The notes under the pieces: generated by a model
What the model saw: only the letters and a program-made list of their open reading frames with translations
Told to the model about the DNA's origin: nothing
Database searches by the model: none
Assembly (NCBI GenBank): GCA_010909165.1
Contig: VJWM01000116.1
Location: forward strand, 434,001-498,000
Reading direction: 5' to 3'
DNA length: 64,000 bases
Origin: Anthoceros angustus
Lineage: Eukaryota > Plantae > Anthocerotophyta
In this document: positions 10,568 through 21,567 of the stretch, in pieces
Layout: every line of letters starts with the position of its first letter
How positions within the stretch are numbered: position 1 is the first letter of the stretch
Position numbers and translations under genes: made by a program

Positions 10568-13019
10568 ATGTCCATGTCTCCACCATCAGCTGTGGCGGCT
10601 GTTAAAAGAGAAGCAAGCGATTGTGAGCTGCCTGCGCAGGAGGAGGAGGTCGATAGAGAGCGGGAGCGTCCCCTTGCGATTGTCCCTACTGTGGAGACGA
10701 GTTTGGGCGTTCCTCCGCCTCCTGGCCACTCGGGAAGGGCAGGTGGGGGAACAAATTCCTCAATCGTTCCCAGGCGTGGACCTAGCCGCCTTCCAGAATC
10801 CGTGGGGAGAAGGCCGGTTGGACCTGGAGAGAAAGGACAGGGCTGGCCTTACGCACCTCAACCTTGGCCGAGTCCAGGGGACTCGTGGACATGGAGAGTA
10901 GGGCTTAGGATGCAGCAGAGTTGTGACTTCTGGCAAGATAGGTATCTGTATCCTCCTAAGGCATTCTGCAAGGAGAGCGAGAGGAACTTAGAGTTTGCCA
11001 GTAGGAAGAGCCTCAGAGATTATCTGACCCGGCACTACCCAGACTTGAATGCCGAAGATTTTTTTGAATCCTTTCAGTGGAAAGTGCCTTGCACTCCTGG
11101 GGCTATCGGGGCTGTTCCAAGGCGCTCAAACGTTCCTGCGCGGAAGGAAAGGCTTCATGGCGCCGAGACCAGCTCGGCTAAAAGGCAGAAAAGGAAGTGC
11201 AAAGCGGATAACCCTTCATGTCCGTTGGAAAGCCAGCAGACGGCAGGACCCGTTTCCATTTGTGAAATCTGTTGTGCAGAGGCAGATTTTTGCAGAGTGT
11301 GCAAGTGCATCATCTGTTGTAAAATACTAACACCTCAGGACCGGGAAAGCAATCAGATCAGGTGCCATCAGAGATCATCAGGTGGAGGGGCTTGTTCACA
11401 TGCGGCTCATTTGGACTGTGCATTGGAGGCTGAGCTAGCTGGAGTCGTGAAGAAAAGCGCTATAGATATGGAATACTTGTGTAGGCGGTGCGATAAGAGG
11501 TCTGACCTCAGAGATTTGGTTACCCATCTTCTTGAATCTGTGGGGCATACTGATGATGCAACATTTGCTGTACAACTCCTCGAGAGAGCCCTAAAGATTC
11601 TGCAAGGGACGTCACATGGAGGCAATGGTGGAAGGCTGTTGGAAACACTAGTTGACGGGACGTTGCGGCAGGTGATGTGATGTTTTTTTTTGCTGTTGTG
11701 ATGCTTGTTCGCAGCTGACAGCTGAAATGGTGTAGACATGCTGACACTTCCCAGCGTCAATTGTCTTCTGCACAAATGTGCCTAGGTCAACCTTGCACAC
11801 CAATGACTTGTACATTGGTGGATGAAAACCTGTCAGTTAAAGCACCTTGAGCTCCATTCTCCTTACCAAGACTTTATGTTCATGCTGTGATTGGCAGATC
11901 CAAGGAGGGGTGGCTGTCGAGAATGCATTCAAGAGTCTTGCAGCTCAAGCCGGTAGGTTGAAAGTGTGGAATCGATGGAGTTCTTCAGCTATTTCCTGTC
12001 GATGAATTTGTCCCTTTGATAGAGGGTTGCACGCATGGGTGGAAAGAAGTCGCCAGAGTATTGACTTGCTGTAATCGCTTTTGCAGCTCACCACCAGAAT
12101 CATGGAAGAAGTCTACCTATGCCAGGGGAAGGTATGCATCACTCAGAAGCCAGTCTTGATCAATGGCTTCATGCTAGTAACACGCCTGCCTCTTTGCGAA
12201 CGACTGCTGCTCCCTCTAGCTTAACATCTCCTTGGGAAAAGGGCAGTCCTACTGCCGTAAGCAGTGGCCTGAGTGAAGGCCTTCCAGGCCTGAGGGCAGT
12301 AGATGGGTCTAATGAGAATGCTGGGGAGATTGTGGCAAGTGGTGGCGCTGGGTTGTCAGAGGCTGGTCAGCTTAGGGAAACAACCGATGTGCCAATGCAT
12401 GGAGCAGATTCAGGTAGCGCCCCTGGATTGCAAAGGGAATATTCTATGTACGGTGACAGTTCAGATACGCTATCTGAAGTGGAGAGGGTATTGTGTGAGG
12501 GAAATCTTTCTACCCAAAGCTCAGTATCTTCTAGGTTGATCGCTGAGGGAGAGAAGCATACCTTGAGAGGCAGGATCTGGGTTGGCCCCATCTGCTACTT
12601 TCTTGCTCCGGTCACCTGATGTTGGGGAATTGGGGGTACCAAGTGCTGCTGCTCAATTGCAACTTCTGGAACCCAAGCTCAATGGACAGATCCAAGAAGC
12701 TCTGCTAAAACTGAGAGAGACCCAAGCAGCAGAGTACATGAATACCCAGCTTCGACTCCACCTCAAGAAGGAGTACATTCTTAGAAATGCACAAGCATTA
12801 GAGCAGGAACTGACGAAAAGGGCTTCAGAGTCTTTAGGGGAAGGTGAAACTCTGTTTGGGAATGAATTTGTGTTTGGGAATGAAACTGAAACCCGAATAC
12901 GGAAGTTGCAGGAAGCGCAGGAGGAATTTGATATTATGCTGAATGTCTCAAAAGGGCTTTTGAACATTCCCAGGGATGTGCTGAGAAAGTTATTTGGATG
13001 GCCACCCGATGTTTGCTGA
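10568..13019 (+). CDS. OBERON-like PHD-finger protein (At1g05410/At3g22520-type), spliced; frame break near 12566
   Basis: N-terminal GWPYAPQPWPSPGDSWTWRVG..FASRKSL..FQWKVP block; Cys-rich CEICC..FCRVCKC..C..C.H.AHLDC..DMEYLCRRCD Oberon PHD; C-terminal coiled coil. Exons 10568-11671, 11898-11952 and 12087 onward. The last segment (from ~12567 or 12644 to 13019) is in another frame. Confidence 0.85.
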
Positions 13020-13689
13020 CAGGCTTAGAGCGGGGCGGTGGTGCTTCTAACATGCCAAACGGGAGTGATTTCGAAAGCTGTTTGGATGGCCCTGTAGACT
13101 AATTATGTAAAGCTGTGATGCAGTTGGCCCCAAGTGACTCAATGTCAGCTGCTGGACGTGTGCAAGTAAATTATGGTGGATAGAGCTATCAGGGAGTGGT
13201 GTTTGTTTACGATCCATATCACAGGCATCTGTGTTGGCCTTCAGGTAGAGAGTGATTCTGAAGCAGTTCCAGTTCACTAACCCTCTATCCAGCCAACGTA
13301 CTTGCTCGTCTTCCTGTAAAACCATCTAATTGTAACAAGAGCTATGAATGTAGATTTGTAATATTGACTATCGACATTTCTGTTTTCCATCGACCTGACA
13401 GGAACATTGCTGCAGGGGCTGTCTAGGGAAAGGGATAAAAGGTGAGCAAGGAGACGAGTAGAATCTTTTCTGGTTACTTAAAAAGGCTACACCCTGCCTT
13501 GCCCAATGTAAGATAGCCTTGCTAATTTCAGGGTGCCACAGGCGATGGCATATGTTTTCCAACCGCAGCGGCTGAACTATTCTTTCAATGTAGCTAGGCT
13601 ATGTAGTGTACAAGTCGCACTCGACTGCAGTTTGCCCTCGGTAATGTTTCCGACGCGCAATTTGCGCAGGTTCCACGGGATTGTACAAA

Positions 13690-14735
13690 CTAGCTGTTGC
13701 CCCTCTTGCAGTCATCAATGGCCCTTGACACGATTCTAAAGCCCCTGCGTTGCTTAAATTCCTGCAGCTGGAATGTACACGAAACGAATCCAGGTCAATG
13801 TGACGCATTCACGCAAAGTTTTTTGGTTGTGCGACAACCATGAGGAGGGCGAGACTGACCTGCTCCCAAGCCGGTGTGTGTCGCTCGCAGAAGGCGACCA
13901 CGACGCCCCCCTTGGCCGAATTCTGATACTCGAAGGCGAATTCACGATCCAGTCCGCAGGTAACGTGAAAGGTGTCGCCGCACCCAGTCTCGCTGCACTG
14001 CACGCAAGCCCCGCCCTGGGCTCCGCACACGGAGCACAGCATGCGGCGCCTTTTGCCCGGGAGCTTCCCGCAATCCACCGGCTCCCTGCCTTCCCCACAT
14101 CCGAAGAACACCTCGGGCACGAAGAGCGCGCAGGAGAGGTGCGCCCACTGCCCGTCCGTGGTAAGCTTCATGGCGCCGGCGCGGGACGGGCACAGACAGC
14201 AACAGGATTCCGACTGGCCCTGGCCCTGGCCCTCCTGGCAGCGGGAGCAGAACCAGTCCCCTTCCGGCACGGCCCGGCAGAGCGGGTTCCCGTAGCAGCT
14301 GGCGTGCACCGCCACATCGCAGCCGTCGCAGAAGACGATGGGGTCGATAGGGTCCGCGTCGCCCCCGCGGCACACGTCGCAAAACACGCCGTCCTCTTCC
14401 TCCTCCTCCGCCTGCGCCTTCTCCTCCGCCTCCGCCTCCTGCTTGCCGGGAGCGCAAATTCGCGAAGTGATGCCGCTCTTCTTGGCCACCAGCTCTTCTA
14501 AGGCCACAGAGCTGGCGTCTTTCGTGTCTTCCGCCTCCTGGCTCTCCTCCTCTAGAAGCCTCTGCCCCAAATCCTTGGCCCTTTTCGGCTTGCTTGCCTG
14601 CTCAAGCCTCAGAGCCTCCTCCAGCTGCCTCTCCTGCTCCACTCGTTGCTTCTCAAGGAGTTTGAAACGCTTCCGAGGCGGGACTGCGTACAGCCTCCTT
14701 TCAAACTCATCCTCCTGCATTTTGATTGCCGCCAT
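13690..14735 (-). CDS. PHD + extended PHD (zf-HC5HC2H) protein, Jade/BRPF-like (At3g14740-type)
   Basis: CDVC..D.IVFCDGCDVAVHASCYG..VPEGDWFC..C then CCLCP..GAMK.T..G.WAH..CAL.VPEVFF. Exons 14735-13860 (CAG|GTCAGT donor) and 13767-13690, ending LQEFKQRRGFRIVSRAIDDCKRGNS*. Confidence 0.92.
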
Positions 14736-15437
14736 GTGCCCCAAGATTGGCCAAACAGAGCTAGGTGAGACCCTCTGCCTGTTCAACTATCCACTCACAA
14801 TCCGCTGCAATTCAGCAACTCACACCAGAATCAAGCGATGTGGTTCTTGGTGCAAGTCAGTTTCCAGCTGGAATGAAGCTGCCTACGCACTTCACGAATC
14901 ACAGAGTCAGGAGCCAACAGGAACTCCAGAGCAGGACAAGCAGACATCAGCAGCTCCCAGATTCGGATGTCACAGAACCCACATGTAGCACAACGGCAGC
15001 GGCTGCATTCAGTCGGATGAGCGTTCAAACAGACAGAGGGAGGAAGAGGAATTTGGGCCTTTCCGTGGTGAGGCTTACAGAGTTTCGAAATGCCCTCTTT
15101 GAACGGACCTGGCGGGAACAAGGTTCAACCGGTGGCGCGGGATCCAACCAATGCTTCAGGCTCCTGAGTTAAGCCATTAAAAACCGCCTGCAAACGAGAA
15201 ATTGATTTTACACATTTGCACAAGATCGAGTCTCGACCTGCTCGACATGAATGGGATGAATGACTCCTAGCCTAAATGTCTCTTCCAATTCAGCTTCGTG
15301 TTCTCCCATCACACTGCCTTCGGCGCCACGAAGAGCTGCTTGTATGAGGAACACTGGGCTGTTCATGGGAATGCGGGAACTGGAGGGCCGCTGCTGTCAG
15401 GCTAGCACCTGCAAAATTTTGGTGGTGACACCCACTC

Positions 15438-18400
15438 TCAAATGCTTCTGTATCTATTTACATAGGCCAGAAAGCCAGAAGGTCGCGGGGCGGACCGCAC
15501 CCTCGTTGACCTCCGTAAAGCAGCCTCTTCGACAGCTAGTCGAGCTGCCTGCTCCTTCGCTCTCTTCTGAAACGCAGTGCTGCGAACAAATGGGCATAGC
15601 TATGTTCAGATTGAGCACTTTGAAGGAGCCACAATCATGTGCAGAACTCAGGAAAAGAACCGTACCATATTTTGGCATAGTGTGTCTCCAGTTGCTGCTG
15701 CAGGACCGTCTCTCTTACTCCCTTGACATTGAGCCACCCCATTAACGCATCAAGCTGGCAAGGAGACCCAAATCAGACGCTTAAAAAAGCACATGTTCAG
15801 AAAGTGACGACATGGACAGCACCAACCTTACTTACCTCGTCTTTCCCACAATAATAACCCCATGCATCGGAGTCTTTGCTCTCCACAAACACACGACCTT
15901 CTTTGCTGAAGAACCAGTAACGATTATGGTCACGATCCTTGCCAAGAGGAGAAGTACGGATGGAACGTTTGTCTAACTCAGAACCCTCTTTCTGCACATC
16001 TCACCCAAAACGTAACCTCAAACAAGTGATGCATGGCTTTGTACACGAAGAAGTCATAAGAAGGCATTATCTACATTCAAACAACATGGGTGATTTTCCA
16101 AGGAACAAGCTATTCCTCAGGTTGTTGCTTTATCCTACCCGCATATGCTTCTCAGCAAGCTTTTGCTCCTGAAGTTTGCGCTCCGCTAGTGCCTCTGCTT
16201 GCTCTCTCCTCTTCTCCTGCGACCTTTTCTGTTCTTGAAGCAATCTCTTCTGCCTCTCATTCTCTTCCGCAATGCGCTTGTCTACCTTCAGTTTCACAAT
16301 AGCATGTCTTGACTTGCTTGATGACATGGCTATGTCTGGAATCACATCCCTGAAAGCGTTCAACAGTTAGTAAACAGGTCTTGGACCACATGATTGCTGC
16401 AGCTATACACATGTGACTATGACAGTGCTTCCTCAACCAACAGAAAAATAAAAGGCAACTGTAAAAGTGCTACTTACTCCACAACCTCGGGACTTGGCGA
16501 TGGGGTGACATCTAGAACTTTTCCATTTGGCTTTCGTTTTCTTTTATTCTGCCAACCTGTAGGCTTCTCAGCTTCATCCGAAGTCTCCAACGATCCATTT
16601 GCCTCATTCCCCACTATAACATCTCGCTCCCCGCTGTCAAGTTGACAATTTACCTTATGCTCATCGATGCCATCCTCAGAACATTCCACAGGTGCTTGTT
16701 TGGATTTCAGCTGTTCCTCTTTGTTCTTCTTACCTTCACCCTGGTCCTTCTTGCGGGTCACAACCAACTGTTGCTCCTCTATGTAGAAATCCAGTTGAGC
16801 TCTTATGGTGCTGGTACAGACGGCACGGTTTACCAATTCTTGCAAAATTTCCAGCTTTGATGTGGACTTGAGTTGCTTGTAGGAATCCTCCAGGATTTCG
16901 ACAGCATGGCAACGAAGTGATTCTGAACCAACCACTTTGATGACATCACAAACATCCTCCTTCCAGGTATTCAAGGATGGCTGCACGGGCAGAAACTTTT
17001 ATGATCAGCAAAACTGCACACGTCAATGATATTATCTTCCACTCGGGAGCCCAAAAACAAGCAACAACTGTCTTTCAGATCAAAAAAGAAGAAGAGGTAC
17101 AAACAGCATGCTCGTACTTCAGCTTTCCGCTTCCGTTTTGCTTTCGCAATCTCCTCACGTAGACTGGCATCACTGTAAGCTGCTCGGAGCAATGCAAAAT
17201 GTATTTCCGCTAGCAGTGAAGCTTCTCCTTCCCGATACTCAAGCGCTTTCTCAAGCTCATCAAGTGAGAACGGCGACAATGCCAAAGGTTTTGCAAATGA
17301 AACACAGAAGTCCCAAACCATTAAAAGGTCACCAATGCACTCTGCTGGCAGGATGAAATCTGAACATGGGATAGGACGCTCTGTGAAGGTAGGATCCTCG
17401 GGTGATGGCTTGATTAAAGTGTCCTCTATTGGATAGCATACTAGTGCTCCTATCGAGCTTTGTGGTTCAGCTGCACAAATACGGAAAATGCAGTTACATC
17501 AGAGCAGGTACCACAAGGCTACTACCATATCAAAGGACTACGAAACCAGACAAGTTGAACATCATGGAGCAGATGAGTCACAGTGCAGACCTCTTGACTG
17601 ATCGTCCTCCTTTTTCCTACGCTTCCTGGTATTGTGACCACCATTTTCAGTCTCCTCAACCTGACAGCACACAGGCATAGGCAGTCAGGATTCAGAAGTA
17701 CCAAAGCTGTTTCTCTCACGAAAGGTCTTCCACAATGGAGAACATGATGCATGTACCAGCGATTCACCTTGATCCTCTTGCTTCGGTCAGTTCGCTGGTG
17801 TGGTTCATTTCCATTCTCATCGCCCTCAGATTCTTCAGGAGGTTCCAAGGGGATTTTGAATCTCCGTGCCAGCTTTTCTTGAACAGACCAAGGTGCATGC
17901 CTTGTGGCAGCACATGTGGCTGACTCCTTTATGAATGCCTTCAACAGGGCTCTCGTAAAGGGGGGCTTCCTCCGCATCAGGTTTGCACAATTCTCAATGG
18001 TGGTGTCTCCCCTCTTGCCATCCCCCTCTGCCCAAGTAACTTCATATTGAGGGCTGTCACTTCCCACTTGTGACAATACCCGTACTATCCTACAGTGAAA
18101 TTGATAATCACCACGAATCCCCAGCACTTCCTCCCCTGCGACATACCGGTCTTTGAATGCTTTGTAAATTCTATCTACAAGCTCCTCTATCCTAAGCACA
18201 CCTGCACGGATCAAAGCAGAGGGATTGTCAGTCGTGGTGATGGAGGAATGGCTCAATCAGCTGCACCCAACAGACAATAAAACAAATAGGACGTCGTCCA
18301 GTGTTAAGCCACAGAGCCACTTACTAAATTGCACCATGTGCAGAACAGGTCCCATAAACTCCTTGGGGAATTGAAGAACTTTTTCCGTGGCTTTGCGCTC

Positions 18401-18925
18401 TGAAACTAGGGCTTCCTCATAAGTCAGGTTGGTCTTCCCTGACACTTTACACGTCCATAGTCGCTGGCGATACAGATTCATGCAATTGAGATACTCCCTG
18501 CACCAAAAGTGGTCAAGGAGAAACAGCACAGAATTGGAGACTCGAGCACGAGAGAGGGATCCGACTTGAACAAGACCACGTGCTGGTTCCTACTTAGTCT
18601 GACAGCAATGTCAACATTCGTAACGCTGACATTCCTGAGCTACATTGCCCTCTCACAACATGTAATGTACTAAGTTCCAGCCCAGTGAGAGAAGGCAAGC
18701 TAAGCACACCCTCACGGTATCTGACATGATGACACTCCCACAGGCGACAGCCGCACCACTATCCAGCATGGCTGCAGCTAGCAACAACAAGACGGTAGAA
18801 CGGGCAGGATACTGATAGTCTCTGAAGACCTCTTTGGTGAATCGGACTTGATAGAAAAGCTCATCCGGCTTCAAATCTTCGGGCCATGTTTTGATCTCGT
18901 AAGGCGTTCGCTTCAAGAGAGGCAT
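15438..18925 (-). CDS. DDW1: DDT-WAC protein (ISWI-complex subunit, DDW1-like): WAC, DDT, WHIM1, WSD
   Basis: MPLLKR start; WAC motif Y.QR.WTCKVSGKTNLTYEEALVSE; DDT YPIED..DLLMVWDF; LGKDRDHNRYWFF; terminal EEAALRRSTRVR..FLAYVNNRYRSI*. GT-AG exon joins traced in frame. Confidence 0.93.
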
Positions 18926-20025
18926 GGCAGTAGAACTCGGCACTTCACCGCGTGCCCCCGGGAACAAAGACCCTAGCTGACGAATAAATATGACCGCATC
19001 TCCGAGCACGTGAATTCCACACGCCGGCTCGGGCGTCCGTCTGTCCAAGAGCTCAAATTCACCACAGCGCAGCACCGTAATCCCCGGGCCAGGCAGCCCC
19101 GCAGCAGCAATAAATAAGCGCCACACGCTCCCGCAAACGCTCCGCTCGCGCCCTCAGCAGCCGTGCCATAAAAACGCTCCACATAATTCTCCCACACACC
19201 ACGGATCCCCCTTCCAATTGCTCATCCGAACGAGCCTGCTCCGGCAACCGAGGCCTCGACACCAACAAAGAAAGTCCTGGCTCCCGAATCTTGCTGACTT
19301 CCTGTGGCACACCGGGAAAAAAAAATGGCAAGCCCGAGCCCGCAACGCCGAGACGTGCCGTGTCCGCCAGTAATCCTGCAGTCTCCAGTCCAATGATCCA
19401 GGCTGAGCCACTGACTCGCAGTGCAATCGGATCTATCCAGCCACCTGTGAGCAGCAAGATGATAACTGTCCAGACTAGTCCAGCTATGAGATCCTACGAT
19501 CTGCAGCAGGGCCCGAGCCTGGTGCACCACCTGGCCGCAGCGCCAAGGCAATTGCGAAGCTGGCGCGAATGGAGCAGTTTCAGTGTGGCAGACATTAGGG
19601 TCCCGTGCATCACAACATTTGATGCCGGAACGAGGCCTAAGCAGCAGCGAGGCGTGGCAGTACCCGAATACGCTTCCCAATCCGGTCCCGCGCCTGTGGT
19701 GGCCACATTCCCCCCTGCGCCCACCTGCTGGACCTCGCCCTCACCGCAATTGCTCCTCGCCTGCGCGCGCTCGCAATGCGTGGCGTCCTACTGGAATTGG
19801 CAATGCGCTCGGGTTCGCGTTCGCGCTCGCGCTCTCGCTCTCGGGCGTTTGTTTGCCTCTCGCTCGCTCTTCGTATGCCCGGCCCGGCTGGGCTCAGCTG
19901 CCGGGTACAACCCCGGGTTACGCCACAACAGGTAAGCCGCCCGCTGCGGGTTATATTCACCCCGGCTGCCCGAACACTGCCACCCTTTCTTTGCAAAGTT
20001 AAAAACTCCTCCCACCCTTCATCCT

Positions 20026-20067
20026 CACTAGCACTAGCACTAGCACTAGCACTAGCACTAGCACTAG
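20026..20067. repeat. (CACTAG)7 microsatellite
   Basis: Seven perfect hexamer units. Confidence 0.95.
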
Positions 20068-20951
20068 CTCTCCTTAGCTACTTAAGCACGCCGCTCTTAA
20101 TTATGCTGCGCTTAGATCGATACTTAAATGGGGTGCTTAGAGGGAGTTGGATGCCCCTTGGTGCGAGTAGCTTAGGCACACCATGGTATAAGTTGTCGAG
20201 TACCAAGTCCAAAGACTTTCGTTCACCTGGACTATAAAAGACTTCTTCTTTTTCTGCAACTTGTAATTTAGGTTTTTTATTTTATTTTATCAAAATAATT
20301 TTATGTATATAAATTAAACTTATAGTTATACCTAAAACCTACCTATTAAGGTTTGGAGGCTACACATGGCTAGACCTATAGCTCTCTCCAACCCAGCCTT
20401 ATTGCTTTGTCTTGATGCTACAAACTTGTCCGCGATCTTGTTTCAATCTATCCTTTAGAGGTATTACACAGTTTTGTTTCCTATCGCCCTTCTACAAACT
20501 TGTGGGCCACCTTGTTTGAGTCTTTTCTGTCTTCCTTGTAGAAGTTGGATACAGTTTTATTTCCATCTTCCTTCTATGAACTTGTTGTTGGTGTTCTTGT
20601 TGGGTGTCGCTCCTACTCTGCCTGCCTTGTGTCGATTTCGAGGAAGCATATTCAATCGCTCTTCTTAAAACTCACCACCTAGAGTCTTGTGGCGGACCAA
20701 GTTTTGTTCCACAAATTGTTGAAACCCACATTGTCTTTCTCCTTCAAATTGCAAGGCTTTAGCTGCTCCTCGTAAGATATGCTTTTCTCGAGATATAGTG
20801 GAACGATGGATTAATCTATATACCCATATCCTTCCTTTTGTACTATACAAAATACAGGTATCCTTTTATATTTCAAAAAATACGCCCCATTTTTAAGCGA
20901 CCATATTCAATGTACACATTTCGAAACATAATGGGCACATCTCATGGGTCA

Positions 20952-21567
20952 TCAGGGTTGGAGGACTGAAACAACCGGCTGGGAGTCGATGAAGAGCTTC
21001 CCGCCAACGGTGTAGAGGTTCTGGGTCCCGTCGATATCGTGAGGGTCGAGGAAGATGGCCTTCTTGGTGGTGGTGTCGGGGTCGTTGGTGCCCTCAGACC
21101 GGGCGTAGTTGTGCACGCGCTGGGCGTACGACAGGAGCCGGTAACGCGCGGGCCGGTCGGCGGTGACGAGGCCCGGGGCCGGCACGACGGTGTGCTCCGG
21201 GGCGAATTCCACACTCGCGGCGATGGAGATGCGGTTGTTGCTGGCGCTGGAGAGCACGCCATGGACCGGAGCCGGGGAGCGATCGGCCTCGTCAAAGGCT
21301 ACTTGCGATGGACAGGAGAAGCTGCGGAGCGTGCCGGCGCGCGCCCGGCACGCTCCGCAGCCTCCAGGGTTAGGGAGAAGAAGCGGGTGGCGTTCTCCCG
21401 GATCCCGGTGAGGACGGCGTCCGGGAGCCCGAAGTTCTCCACCCGGATGGGAACGCCGTCTTCCACCCGTTGCCGGACCTGCCGCACCAGCTGCGCCCTC
21501 TCCTCGGGGCTCACCAGCAGGCCCCGCAGGTCCAGCACGGCGGAAGCCTTCTCCAGCGCCTGTTGCT
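20952..21567 (-). pseudogene. Internally deleted 2-oxoglutarate/Fe(II) dioxygenase-like gene
   Basis: DIOX_N-like VLDLRGL..RAQLVRQV..VENFGLPDAVLTGIRENATRFFSL is followed within ~30 codons by the C-terminal VH..L...NNRISIAA..F.P..VVPAPGLV.ADRPARY block. The central HxD region is absent. Confidence 0.7.

Noticed and set aside
13773-14988. 242-aa and 216-aa + strand ORFs
   Set aside because: Antisense shadows of the GC-rich PHD exon.
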